Shown here in pieces: positions 24,114-37,960 of a stretch of 64,000 bases of DNA (its first letter is position 1; every line of letters begins with the position of its first letter). Source of the DNA: Monocercomonoides exilis PA203 (lineage: Eukaryota; Protista; Preaxostyla); contig LSRY02000060.1 of the NCBI GenBank assembly GCA_001643675.2, positions 186,001-250,000 of the forward strand, in the 5' to 3' direction. The notes beneath the pieces were generated by a model. The model saw only the letters and a list, made by a program, of their open reading frames with translations. It was not told the DNA's origin and did not search any database. A program made the translations under genes and the position numbers.

Positions 24114-27100
24114 TTATTGCTGCATGGTCGCCCTGTGGCTATCAAACATGCTTCGATCAGTCTTCAGTTGTGCCTCTGAGACAGCATGCATCGGAGTGGG
24201 CACCTCGACCTGCGGAAACGATAGGTTCTGGCTGATTGTCAATGCCCTGTTCTGTGGAGACAGATTTCTTGGCGATAGAGGCTGCATCACCTGCGCCGAG
24301 TTGAAAAGAGACCCCGTTTCGTATTCAGACACTGCGTGCTGGATGGAGAACGAGGCTGCAGACGTCAGACCAAAGTGCGGCTGGCTGTTGTTTCCATTGC
24401 TGTTGATGGAATCGATATCGGTGTTTGAAAAGAGAGGCGGAACCACAAGCGGTGATTGCGACACGAGAAGAGGAGACTGAGGAATGGGAAGAGGAGTTCG
24501 AGGTGTGAGAAGAGAAGACCGTGCCGTGAGAAGAGGAGATTGCGGCATAAATAGAGGAGATGGCGGTGCATTGTTCAATTCGTCAGTCAGATTGATGCCA
24601 AGCGGCTTGATTGTCAGCGGGGCAGCCAGTGTATTTCCAAACACTTGGTTGACTGGCTTCCTTGTTGCGCTTCGGGTGGGAGTGGCACTTGTTACAACTG
24701 ACGCGCCTTCGTATTCAACAAACCCCATCCCAAATGAGTCCAACTGCAGATTATTCGAAGGGGTTGAGTTATTCTTCGATCGATTAGTCAGAACTTCTGC
24801 TGCTGCTCCTCCTCCTCCTTCTGACTCCACTTTCGGTTTGCCCAAAGAAAGATCGATATTCGACAGCTGTGGCTGTGGTGTTTTCCTTGCTCCGTTGCTT
24901 CGTTCAGTTATTTGTGCTCCCTTTGGGTTCTCTTCGCTGACCATTGGCGTTGGCAGCTGCAAACCTGGTGTCGAAGGAATTGTCGTCAGATGCTCATCAA
25001 ACAAAGAACTCGACGACTCCATCGTAAACGGCGTGTCGTTTAACGACTCCATCGAAAACCCAGCACACGAAAGCGTGGAAGTTGCTGGCTTCTCGTTGGA
25101 AAGTTCCGTTTCGGGTGCGTTTTGCCTGAAAGAAGCCTTTCTCTTCTGCTGCGACTCCATCGATTGCTGCCTCACAAATATTGGATGTGTATTGATTTCA
25201 CTCGGCCCTTTGCCATCCAGTTGAGATGTCTGTGGAGAATTGCAAACAGCTTTCTGTGAACCGTCATCTTTTCCACTTTCGTCTCCTTCTTCACGCAACG
25301 CAGATGCGCCAGGATCTTCCAAGAACTCTCCGTTGTGGCTGTTATCATCGTTGTGCATGCCGTTGTTGTCCAAGTAGTTGTCAAATGTCCTCGTCTCCAT
25401 GCTCTCGCCCATCTCGACGTTGATCGTGAAGTCGTCCTCTTCGTCCTCGTCTCTCAGAAGTCGGCGAATGACGCTCTGCATCTTGTTCTTCGGCATGTCC
25501 AGCATCGTCTGATATGCCCTCATCCGATTCTTCACTGATTTCCAGGTGTACAACACGTAGACCAAAAGTTGAATGACTGTGAGGGGCGTAAGAGATGTCA
25601 CAAGAATGATTATTAAGACTAACATAATTTCATCGCACTGCTTGTTCAAAATTTCATAGTAATAAATGATAACTCTTTTTGCGCCGTCCAATATTGGTAC
25701 TGGGCAGTTGAACGTCAAATACTGAATGTTTGACAGAAAATCAGGATCCTGAGGACGAGACGATATGTTTGTGAGAAACAGGTGATGCATCATTTGAGAG
25801 ACTGTGGCAACAACCTCCAACATCGATGATGAGCGCAGGATCTGCTTTTTGGTGTCGAGCACTTCCTCCACACTTCCGTCTGGGTGAGTTATGTTCTTTG
25901 TGGCGATGGTGAAGAAATACGTGCTGATGTCTGCTGTCTCCCACACCTCCAAGTTTGAGGTCGACTGGTGGATTCTGCCCAGCATCGAGGCCAAGTTCTC
26001 CGATGTCTCTTCCATCATCTTCAGCAGATCTTTCCTCTGGATCATTCCCGTCGGCCATTCATCCATCTTTGGCGGATCGGTGTAGTTGTATCTCTTGTCG
26101 TATATTAAGTAGTTGTACCCGATTGTGGCTGAACGCGCTGAATGGAAAGACAAGTCGCACACATTCCGCAGCGTCTGCAGATTGCTCTGATACGCATTTG
26201 TCTTTATCACATACACAATAAGTGCTCCAACAAGCACGCCAATGTTCAGCATATGCAAAGATTTTTCAATTAATTTCAACCTGTTGTATTCGCTTTCACG
26301 ATTCCCTTGCTCCCCATGCCCCCCTACCACCAGATCGACAATTGTTGCCTCTTTCTTCTTCTTCTTTCTCCTCCTCCGATTTGTTGTGCGATGCCTTCTC
26401 ATCCCACTCGAAGACTGCTGCCATTGCGCCTCGCTTCTCGCAAGAGATTCGCGATCTCCTTCCAAATTCTGCGCTTCCAATGAAGAACCCTCTGCTCCTT
26501 TGTCTCCGTTGGTGCCATCCTTAACACTCCCTGTATTCACCTCAAAGCTTCCCCGCCTCACAACGCGAGGCATATTCGCCTCGTGCTCTGCACCCGTCCT
26601 GTCTCCCCTTGCACTTCTCCTCCCGCTCATCTCGTATGCATCGCCCATCCCAAACGACCCTTCGTTGAAGCTTCCGGTGTGTGTGTGCGTCATCGACTCG
26701 CTGAAGCCGTAGTCCTCTTCAATCTGCTCTGCCCGGTTCAGAATCATCTCTGCCTCGTCTTCGTCGTCGTAGATGTCCAGCAGCAGGCGCGCATAGCTCC
26801 GCAGCACACCCGTGTTCTGCTCGTGCGACGCAATCAGCTCTTCGTAGCTCTTTCTGGAAATCTCTTCGTTCTTCACAATCGAATTCAATAGACCCGGAAT
26901 CGCCTTGTAGTCTGGCTGCATCGATGTAATGTTCTCGAAGAAGTCCTTCATCGAACTCACTGCCTGCTCGTGGTGCTTCTCTGCCTTTGCCATCAGCGTC
27001 GTGAAGGCAAATGTGTTCATGTTGCCTGTCCCGTTCCCGCCGTTCTGCCCGTTTGCACGCCCGCCGTTCTCTTTCGCTTTGCAGAACAGCACAAAGTTCA

Positions 27101-27712
27101 GAAACGCGCCTGGAGAAAGCGACCGCGCCTTCTGGATGAGCGTATTGGCTTTCATGTAGTTTTTGCGGTAGGACAGCAGAAACGTCGCATACTGGAAGCA
27201 AAGCATGCTGTCGTTCGGGTTCGACTTCAGTGCGTGTGTGTAGACGTAGTCTGCAAATGTCAAATACATCATCGAATCATATTCTTTCTGTTGGATAAAG
27301 CGAAGCGAGGGCCCCACTCTTTCTGGCTTCTTCAGCGGAGGCAGAGCCAAAGATGGATTTTTCGTGTAGATGTCCAACAGCTGGCTGCCAAAAGCTGTCA
27401 ACAGATACTTCTTCTCTCTCATCTTTTGGCCAATCTTCGGCAACAGCACTGCACATGCAACGATTCCAGCTATCAGCACAACCACTTGAAGCACGATTGT
27501 AACAATCCAGTTGCCTGTTGCTCCTTCAATTGCATACAAAATTTCATCGAACAGTCTCAAGAACCCAAATAAGCACCACTTACTTGCCATCAGCAGATTC
27601 CCGTTCAGTTTGTATATCGGCTGAATTTTGTGGTTTCTTTAATCAGAATTACTCTTTTATTGGAGAATCTCATTAAATAATTACAAAAAATTGAATAAAC
27701 TTGTTGAACCAT
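24114..27712 (-). CDS. TmcB/TmcC-like membrane protein (TM helices, TPR-like region, long low-complexity tail), apparently N-terminally short
   Basis: QYATFLLSYRKNYMKA...AEKHHEQA...YEELIASHEQNTGVLRSYARLLLDIYDDEDEAEMILNRAEQIEE resembles the TmcB/C TPR region; several hydrophobic helices. Putative 12-nt first exon 27701-27712 (MVQQ) and intron 27621-27700. Confidence 0.65.
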
Positions 27713-27920
27713 GTTGAAAGAACCATTTAATGTTAACACATTGATTTTTTGTTTTCGCACACACAATTAATTTAAAAACAAATATTCATTAACGAAAAAG
27801 TCTTTTTCATGAAAATAATGAAGAAATAAACGAAGTTAATTTTTTAAAAAAATATCATTTTTTTGAAGAGTTTTTGCATAAATAACTACTTATGTGTCAG
27901 ATCAATGCTTTTATTTTTTC

Positions 27921-30418
27921 ATGAAGAGAAAAGAAGAGAAGGTTAATTTACATGAGGATATATTTTATGTTAATTTGAATGACGAAAATGCATCTTTAAG
28001 TTGCTCGTCAAACGATTCTTGCGATCAGTTTAACATTAAAAGTGTGTTTTTATTATGACTGATTTGCTGATTTGACTGAACAAAATCTTTGGTGAAACAG
28101 ATGTCCCTGAAGAGATATGGAAAAAGTGTGAATTCGTTTTGATTTATTATTATTTTTATTGTTTATGATTTCAGGATTTTTATGCAATGCGACACGAAAA
28201 CAAAAATGAGTCTAATGGGCACGTCGAAGCAATTTCGTTTAATATTGAATACAGAAGAGTTTTGACAGAACTTTTTGATTTTCTTCTCTGTATTTATTGA
28301 TATCTGATGATTGTTAGGTTCTGGCGCGAAATTGTTGTTGAAGAGCTTCCTCGATTGAAGGATAACATTTATCTGAACCAGAACGAGTTTCAAGACATTG
28401 AAACACTTGACCAAGGCAATGAAATGGTTTGAATATTGAGCAATTTTGAAGAGGTCGAGATGAGAAGAAATACAAATATTATTTATTAATTTTGTTTTTT
28501 AACAGAATAAGGAGGATAGAATAAGGTTTGGCCTGAGTCCGAAAGGCTGGAAAGATACGATCAAAATGTACGGAACTTTTGCGAAGGCGTTATTTGATAC
28601 CAAGCGAGGCATATGGAATGATGTGTATCATCTGAAAGAATCGATAACGCATCCAAAAACAAGTCTTCTTCTATTCACAGTTTCGTGGGTATCGTTGGCA
28701 TCGTTTTTGTTCCTCTTCTTCTTTGCGATATTTTATTCAACAAATTTTATTCGGGGTCCTGTTTTCGACAAATTGTCTGATGATCCGAATGTTTCTAATT
28801 TGGTTTCAAACAAAGTGACAAGATCGGTGTTTTCGTTCAGTTTATCTCAATCAAAATTGCAGTTCACTGTTGTAATGGCACTGCTGCTGATGCATTTTGG
28901 CTTTTTGTTTCTGTATTTGACGAAGCGAAAGGAAGTTCGGTACAAGTTAATTTTTGTTGGTATTTATTTGGCATGCTTCCCTTTTGTCAATTATCTTTTG
29001 TGTTTGAAAATGGACAATTTAATGAATGGCGAGAATTACACACCCAACATTCGCAACAGGTTGGTTGATGGACCGATGGCCAAGTCACGTTCAGCTGTTG
29101 ATTCCAAAAAAAGTGATGCAGAAAGCAGAGGAGCTTTCAGCCAATCAGCAGCTGATGAGGAACACGCAGAAAGCGGACAATCAACAACAGAACCAAACTC
29201 GTCAGTGTTTGAAAGTTCTTTGTGGTTGCTCTTCGCTTTGCTTGGAGAAATTTTTTTCATGTCTCCAGTCGAAAACTGGGTTGCTTGCTATGGTGATGAA
29301 GACTTGAATGGAGTTATTTTATTGATTGCGATATGTGGTGTTATAACAGCTTGGGTGCTATTCTTTCACGAATTGTGCTGTGTGCCTTATTTGTTATGTT
29401 TTATTTTATAAATTTATCTCATTCATTTATAATTATTCCATTTGCCATTTGGAAATTTATTTGAAATCCAAACGGACAACAAACAGTTAACACCACAAAC
29501 TCGTGGACAGTTGTGCTTGTTCCTCTTTTTCCAACGATCGTTCTGATTCATGTGTTTGTATTCTTCATGAGGCCATCGAAGGAGCACGACTATTCTGTTT
29601 TATGCAGCAAAAGCATTCGCATTGCTGGAATTGCCATTGGATCTGTGATTGGCATTGCCATTGTTCTGATCCCTCTTCTGTGTTTGGATGGGATTGGGGT
29701 GTTTGATCCTCGTGCTTCGAATGGAGAGGCGTGGAAAGGGGCAGAGCGGTTCATGTCGGCTGTGGTGGTGACAGACGAGCTGATTGAGCGGGCACACAAA
29801 ATGGAGAGGAACATGGCGCTGTCGCTGGTGCCGATGGTGGTGTGGTTTGTGATTGTGATGGTTGCATTCTGGGCAGCGCTGTATCTGGTGAAAGGGGATG
29901 TGAAGTGGATAGAGCGGAATGTGGATTTGAGGAAAGAGCTGTTTGTGTGGCAGGATGCAGCGCGGAAAAGGAGGAGCAGAGAAGAGCAGGAAAGAAGGGC
30001 AGAAGAGTGGAAGAGGCGGAGAATGGAGAAGATGCGGGAAAAGCAAAAGGAAGAGGAGAAGAAAGCGAAAGAGGCAAAGAAAGCGAAGAAGAGAGAAATG
30101 AGAGAGGAAGAGAAAGAACAGAGGCTTGCTGAGATCGCATTGAAAGGACTGAAACCAGAAGAGCTCAGTGCAGCAATAGACGAGATCGATGCACATTATG
30201 ATCAGGAGGAACGAGAAGAAATAGAAGCAGAAGAAGCAGAAAGGAAAAGATTGGAAGAGGAAGCAAAAAAGAGGAAAGAAGAAGAAGAAGAAGAAGAAAT
30301 CGAAAAGGCAAAACAAAGTGCAGGCGATCATGCATTTGACGAGCCAGGTATCAATTCTGTTATTCACGAGACTTGGCAGCAGATTCTTCAAAGGGGGTCG
30401 TTTTCTTGGCTTCTGTGA
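27921..30418 (+). CDS. F-box protein with multiple TM helices and a C-terminal coiled coil, 6 exons, 714 aa
   Basis: Exons 27921-28041, 28101-28125, 28175-28258, 28318-28426, 28506-29379, 29487-30418; all introns GT-AG; 2,145 nt in one frame. The spliced N-terminus NVPEEIWKKIFMQCDTKTKMSLMGTSKQFRLILNTEEFWREI fits the F-box consensus. Confidence 0.8.
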
Positions 30419-31413
30419 AAATCAGTCAGCCAAAAGAGAATAATCAAAATGCTTTTTTGTTCCTTTTTTATTTTATTTTATTTTGTTTTTTGTTAAACAT
30501 TTTTATTAATTTTGAAATGGAGAAATTGTCCATTAGGAAGTTTCTTCTTTTCTTTGCTTTTTCACGTTTTTATTTAGATGTTAAGTGTTGCCTTCACTTG
30601 GCTGAAGCAAATATTTTGTGTATTTTGTGAGTTTTCAGTGTGATTCAAAGAGTTTTGAGAATTGTTTGTAAATGATTTGTTGAATTATTCGAGATTTTCG
30701 AAAATTGAAACATTTTTATCTTTCCAATTTTTGCATGTTAAGTTCATATTTTCAGTTGTCAGAGTTTTGATGCTGTAAAAAAGTTTTTTAGCAAGAGAAG
30801 ATTTTTTATATTCCTTTTTTTCTTTTGAATTCAAGACAAAACCGATAAAAAAAAGCTGAATTTCGTTTAATCTTTCGACATGCTTTTGAATATTTGATAT
30901 TTTTTTGTTGGCTACAAGATTGTGTTGTGCCTGCAAAAATATGGAAAAAGTGTTTTTGATTTCAACTAAAAGAGAAAACAAATTCTTAAAGATAAAATCA
31001 ATTTTCTTTTGTTGATTGTTTTATTCGCTTGTGGGGATGATGTTCAAACAAATAGATGGAAAATAAGTGGAAAAAAAAGGTAAAGAAAAGAACTGCTTCA
31101 AGAACAATATCCTTTTATTGAATAGAAGCATGTTCAAATTAAACAGCTCATTCTATTATTCACTTTGAATTATTCTCTATTCACAAACTTTGAAATTGGT
31201 TAACCAATTTCATTCTTATTCTTCTCTTTCAACATCTTTTATTTTCTTTTTTCTTTTTTTTTTATTGTTGCTTTTTGCTTCATTTCAACGTGTGAAAAAC
31301 AAAAAAAGATATTTTGATGATACTTCAAATGACTGATGATTTTCGATTTTGCGAAATGATAAAAAAAGAAAAAGAAAATTTTTGAATTACAAAAGTCAAT
31401 ACATCTCGTTTGC

Positions 31414-32939
31414 TCAAACATTTACAGAATAATCAGAAATATCTAATAATAATTCTCTAAAATATTCTTGGTTGAGATATTTCAATCTTTCATGAAAGCT
31501 TGTGATGATATCTTCGTATCCTTCTTCTTCCAATTTATCAAACATTTTCCTTTTTAACTCCTTTCTTTTCGCTTCTTCCTTTTCATCTTTGTTTGCTCCA
31601 TCCTTCTCTTCATCTCTCTCTTCATCCCCCTCGTCAAACTCCTCTTCTTCTATTTCATCATCAGTTTTTTTGTTCAGCCGCCATGAGATTGTTTCAAAAA
31701 AATCCAAGAATTCGCACACCATTTTGTCATTCAACGCTGGTTGCTGAATCTCTTCCAAAATGATATCAACAGCTCCGCTCTCCAGCAAGTCTTCATTCTT
31801 CATGGCTCTGTTTTTCGCTGCCATGCTCAATGAATAAATGCATCGACTGCCAATTCCTCGATAATTACCCTTCGCTGCCCCATAGATCTGAACAACGCAT
31901 CTGATAAGCTCTGGATATTTTTCATTCCACAATAAGCACGAGCCCAAGAAATGCTGCAACGTTCGCAGCCATCTCAATAAAACAAGCTCTTTTTTTGTTT
32001 CTTCTCCTCTTTTTTCTTCTTTCTCTTTCTCTTTCCTCTTCCAATTTATGCTCTTTACTAGCTCTTCTAACTCCTTTGTTGCCTCCTTCGCAAAATGCAG
32101 CTCATTCACAATATCATCTTCCAAACTTCTGTCTATGCCAAATCTGTTTATCAAAAACTGCCAAGCAGACTGATAGGCAAGATGTGTCATATTGCGATGT
32201 TCCTGGTGATGTTGGATAATCTCTTTGATTTCATTCAAATACAGATCTTTTTCAATTTTCTATAAAAATCGAAAAATATCAAAAATATCAAAAAGGAAAA
32301 AGAAGTGTTCAAACTATAAATCTTGTGTTCCACAAAGCCAATAAAGCCATTTCCACTTCTTTTTGAACTTTCTCGCTTTCCTCTTTCTTCAAGGCAACTT
32401 TCAGAAGACACTGCACACAGATTGTGTGCAATTCCGTCCAGCAGTTGTTTCTGAGTGAAAGATAGCATAAACAAAGATCAGCCAGAAGCTTTTCATTTTT
32501 ACCCTCTTTTTTCTTTTCTTCATCAATGATCGTTTCCTCAAATCGTTTGCTCAATATTGATCCACAAAAATTAAAACTTTCCATATCTCTCAGCACTGTC
32601 AAATATCCCACGTGCTTCAATAACAAAATTGCATTTTCCATCGAAAGTTTCTTTTCTTCAATCATTTTGTTGATTTTATTGTACAATTCTACTGTAAAAA
32701 CCGAAAAAAATCCTTCAATATTCATTTTTTCAATCATTGAATTCATTTCTTCAATTTTCTGTTTTTGTTCAACTTCATTGCTGTTTTCCAGCTCATGGAA
32801 CAATTCTGCAAAAGGCATTCAAATGTTAAAATCCATTCTTCATTATTCTATCCAAATAAAAAAGCAAATTTGAAAACTTCTTGGTTTGAGCCACTACCAG
32901 GATTCTTGTATCAGGCTCATCATCAAAAAGCAAACTCAT
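31414..32939 (-). CDS. Second paralog of the multicopy helical family; first intron donor is AT rather than GT
   Basis: Exons 32870-32939, 32315-32805, 31414-32259; intron 2 (32260-32314) is GT-AG; same motifs as 22146-23597. Confidence 0.75.
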
Positions 32940-33699
32940 TCCATTTGTTGCAAAGAATGGTCTAAACGAAGGGTAAAGCTTGGCAAGCAAGAATACGAAA
33001 GAATAACACAAACATCGTTGAAAATCAAGCAAAAATAAAACAGATAGGAGTTTCGACGCAAAGTGCTTTTGCCTGACAAAATGGAATGCAAAAGAGGGCA
33101 CAAGGAAATGTCTTTGATTGGTTGTTTAATGCAAGAAAAGTGAATCTTTTGATTCGATTTGATCGAACCAACAAAAAATTGTTTGATTTCGGTTTTGTGA
33201 AAATGAAGCGAGGAGCTCTTCTTTCCTGAAGGCATTGCTTCGAGGCTTTGAAGCAAAATTTATTTTGTAATTGGAATGGAAATCTTGCTGAAGAGAATTC
33301 GAAAAGAGGAAATATCAATTCTTGAAGAGAAAGTGTTTTGTGGCTTTTTTTGGGAAGAAGAACATGAATGAAAAAGTGAACGCATGATACCGGCCTTCTT
33401 GTAATATTTCATGAATTGCTAAATGTTAGCATCTGTTTCAAAATGACTCATAGGATTACAAAAGATTCAAAGAAATGAGTTTCTGAAAAGCAAAATGAAT
33501 TGACTGGACAAAAGAACATTCCAATCTTTTCAAAAGGGCATGTTCAAAAACAAGCAGAATGGATGAATATTGCAGCAAAGTTGTTTTATTGTGAAAATGG
33601 TTCATTGGATTTGGAAATGGATTATTTGAAGAAAAACGATGGAATCATCTGCAACAGAAAAATGCAGATCCCCCGATTTTGTCGTGCTCCAACATGAAA

Positions 33700-34680
33700 A
33701 GATATTTGCTTGCTTCTTTGTGAGCCATCGAATGCTCAAGATTCCTTTGTCTTCTCCACCTTCATCTTCATCCTCATCTTCAGCTTCGCTAAAGGCGTTG
33801 CCATCATGATTTCTTCTTTAACAAGCGATAAATTCTACAAAGAACACAATTTTCACGGAACTTGGAACAGATCTCATATTGAATTGATTCAGCTTCCTCT
33901 GCCAGACACGAAAACAGAATGAATTCCCTCGGCCATCTTGCTTGTTTTTTATTTGTTCTACTCCCCTTCCGTGAGCATTGTGTGCCCAATATAGTCATTA
34001 TCATGATTATTAGCATCATCCTTTTCCATAATCTTTTATCTCTTCGGCTCATCGAACACTTCTGCATCCAATGCCAACGTAGACGTTTTTGCTTCTCTTG
34101 TCTTCGTCGCCACACAAATCAACATCGACCTGCACCTTTTCTCGAAAGGAAGTGCTGCACACTCTCTTTTCCACTGCTCCTCCTCATCGTCCACTCAGAA
34201 AGTGGACTTGGCCATTCCAACAGCAAACTGTCTTCTTTCCTCCCATGAGCACATTCCCCTTGTGTTTGCTCTTTTGATTGGGCTGCATGTGTTGCTCGGG
34301 TATTTCTGCAATTTCAGCTCCATTTACACTTCATCATCATCTTCTCTTTCCTCTCCTTCTTCTTCTTCTTCTTCTTCTTCTTCTTCTTCTTCTTCTTCTT
34401 CTTCTTCTTCTTCTTCTTCTTCTTCTTCTTCTTCTTCTTCTTCTTCTTCTTCTTCTTCTTCTTCTTCTTCTTCTTCTTCTTCTTCTTCTTCACACATATT
34501 TTCTCGTGTATCTTCTCGTTTGGTTCACAATCCGATGGAAACCCTTTTACCAGTTCATCTTCTTTCTTTTCTGCTTCCACAAATCCTGATCGTGAAAACA
34601 TCAAAATCATTCAGAAATGAACGTCCTCCAACATTTCTTGCCTCATCAGCAAAGAAATGGAGCTATCTTTACCGAATATC
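33700..34680 (-). pseudogene. Decayed gene fragment with a poly-Glu tract, unidentified
   Basis: Purine-rich coding-like minus strand around a (GAA)n tract; stops in all frames. Confidence 0.3.
34358..34491 (+). repeat. (TCT)n microsatellite
   Basis: Direct reading. Confidence 0.95.
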
Positions 34681-35461
34681 TCTCTCCATCTATCTCTTCA
34701 TCTCTTTCTCTTTCTCTTTCTCTTTCTCTTTCTCTTTCTCTAAAAATATTCATTTTCCACTCCAATTCACAAACTGGTTGCATTGAATATAGTATCCAAG
34801 GTCGCAATAAACAGATTACAATTCCTTTCTCAAAGCATCGATGAATGAAATTGCAAAATGAAATCAATAGAGAGTGATGATCATAGACAAGAAATTTGTA
34901 TTTCTCCTTTGTAAAATGCTTTTTCTGTTAATTCATTTTTTTTTTTTATTTAACTTTTTTTGAATGCAAATTTCCGCATCCTTTGTATTTCTTCAATACA
35001 TAATAAAAGTGCTATTGTATCCTATTTTCCATAAAAGATATTTGTTTGATATTTTCATTAACGTTCTGCGTTGCATTATTTCTTATCTTTGATGAAATTT
35101 GATATTTCTTATTTATGAAAAAAAATGAAATAACTATCAACTGCAATTTTTCCATCAAGACGACTTTGAGAAAATTTCCTTTGTTCTAAATGTTAATCCT
35201 TATGCACGTTGTATAACATCATTTCCATCAATAAATATATATTTTTGAAAAGGTTATTTTTTTCGATTAATTGTTTTGTTTGTGGGAAAATACAAATTAA
35301 ATTGGTTAAAATGTGATGTGTATGCTTTCTTTGACAATTCGCTAGAACTTCGATAGATGTTGATTTTCAAAAAAATCTTTTTAATATCCAAAACGCCCAT
35401 AACATTCTGATTAAGAATTAAAACATAATGGGATTTCAAAAACACTCGTGAGCGTTATCAG

Positions 35462-37482
35462 ATGTCTCAAATTGAAAAGGATGAGAATGACGGAATGAAA
35501 AGAAGGGAAATTATGTTTTCTGCAAAGGACATTTCGAGGACACTTGGGCAATTTTTTAAGAGATGCGAAAAGTGCAGATTGGGCAAATATTTGGTAATTA
35601 TCCTCGGAATGAGCCAGGCTGGAAAAAGCACCTTGATAAACAGATTAAGAGAAATGGAAGTGGAAGAAGATAAAACTGGAAAAATTGTTGTCACAAACAG
35701 AATTGAGGAAATGGCGGAAATGGGGAATGGAACTGGGCCAACAACAAAAACACCGAGAACATACGAACTGACTGGCGAATTAACATTGTTAGATACAAGA
35801 GGGATTTATGAACACGAATTTGAAGATGAGGATGAATTTGTCAACATTCTAATTATGCAGCATTTTCTGAGGCATGCTGATAAAGCGATGGTTTTATATC
35901 TAACTCAATTTGAAAATTACTGCAGTTTGACGCATGCATATAAAGATATGGTTTTTATTAACAAATTGTGCAAAAACAAGGACTTGCCTACAATATTTGT
36001 TGCCAACAAATGCAATGAGCGAACAATTTTATCAATGAAACGCGATTTTAATAAAGACAATACAAATGACAGGAAATCTGATTCGGAAATATTAACGTAC
36101 GAAATCCAAGAACTTCTTGCCCTAAGATTTAATGAGATGAAAAATTTTACTGTTGAGTCCATCAAAATGAAATACCTTGATGTTTCTGATGCAAAGTCGC
36201 TTGAGCAAATAATTGGAATTCTCGTGCGAAAAGCAAAATGGGAAACAAGATCCGAAAGGGTGGAAATTGAAATAACTTTGAATCAACTACAGACGCTTCT
36301 TATATGGGAGAAGGCACTTGATGAAGGCAGGCTCCTTTATTATGATCCTTCTCTTTCTTTTTCTGTGGACAGAATCAAATCAATCATTGGAAAGATGGAT
36401 AATTATGGGAGCACAAATTATGTCGAACATGTGTTTTGCGCACCAGCTTATTACCAGTTCATTGTTTCACTTTCGTCTGTGGCAAGCAAGTTATATTGGA
36501 TTGTGTTGGCGATGAGGGGAAGAAAGCAAATCCCGAACAATTTGAAGGAGATTCTGAGTGCATGCGACGTGCAATCTATTTCAATGAATGATCCATTTTC
36601 AAAGATGCTCAAAGATGGGAAGGATTTGGAAGAAATTCAAAGAATGATTTTGGAATTTGAGGAATCGTGCAAAGCAAAAATCGATGCTGAAGAAGATAAC
36701 ATTATACGTTGCGAAGATGAAATATTAAACTGTAAAAAGATGATACATGAACTTGACCAGGCAGATCTTGTGAATTATGAAATCGTTGAATTCTGTGAAT
36801 ATAGCAATTCCACTTGGAATGAAGTCTTCATTGAGAGGCCAGTCAATGTGCCGAACACAACATTCAGGTTTATTCCTGGAAATGAATACACATTCAACGA
36901 TAAGGAAAAACAGAAACTTCGCATCAAAGATGGAAGTTTGCGTGGTGCGTTCAAATCTTCTTCGCCTGCATCAGCTCCACCTCTTATTGGCTTATCATTG
37001 ATCCAAGCTGCCTTTCTGAAAGCATTTCCAAGAGCACCGTTAAGTCAGTCGAGTGTGTGTGAAGGAAAAATTGAGCTTCTGGCGAGTATGTGTGATATTC
37101 CTACGAATAAGCAGAAGATTCAGGAATATGAAATTAAAATGGAATATTTCCACAAACAAATTGAGAAATCACAGAAAATTATCAAAAACCTCCATCATCA
37201 GATTTTTGATATGAGCGAACGCTTTGCGTTTTTGAAAGAATTGAAGGAAAAAACGAACTACATGAACTGGAATAAAGCAATGAGACAAAAACAAGAGGAA
37301 GGTTGGAGAAAGAAAAAGACAAGCCTTTCCAAATATTTGGCATTTTGTGAAGAATGTGACGAGCAATGGGAAAAGCACGAGGAGCTGATAACGAAGTTGT
37401 GTCAATTCGCAATGTGTGATATTCCAAAGGCATATTTCGATGATGTCAGAGAAGAAAATGCAAAAGAGAATTCGAGATTTTC

Positions 37483-37514
<32 letters not shown>

Positions 37515-37960
37515 CTTCTTCTTCTTCTTCTTCTTCTTCTTCTTCTTCTTCTTCTTCTTCTTCTTCTTCTTCTTCTTCTTCTTCTTCTTCTTCTTCTTCT
37601 TCTTCTTCTTCAGCAACTCCATCAGCACTCAGTGCATCAGCGAGCAGACAAGCTGAAACGGAATCTTCTTTGTCGAAAGGCGAGGCCAAAGCAGAAGGAA
37701 AACAACCGGATTCCTCATCTTTGCATCAGCCTGACGAGAATATGAAGATGCTTGCGAGATTTGCTGTTACGATGGAGGAAATGGAGGCAGTTCCTCAACA
37801 ACAAATTAAATTTGAACTGAAACGAGATGATGAATACGATCCAGAGCTGGTTTCAGAAGCTGTTGATGCAATTGATAAGATTTGGAATGAGGTATTTGTG
37901 TGCAAAGGGTATTTGGAGAAGTTCAAAGAATGCACAAAAAATCAAGATGAATTCTTTTGA
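35462..37960 (+). CDS. Intronless P-loop GTPase (TRAFAC class, MMR_HSR1/AIG1/septin-like G domain) with coiled coils and a poly-Ser insert, 832 aa
   Basis: G1 GMSQAGKST, G2 region GPTTKTP, G3 LLDTRG, G4 VANKCN; heptad-rich C-terminal half; (TCT)n at ~37487-37612. Confidence 0.8.
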
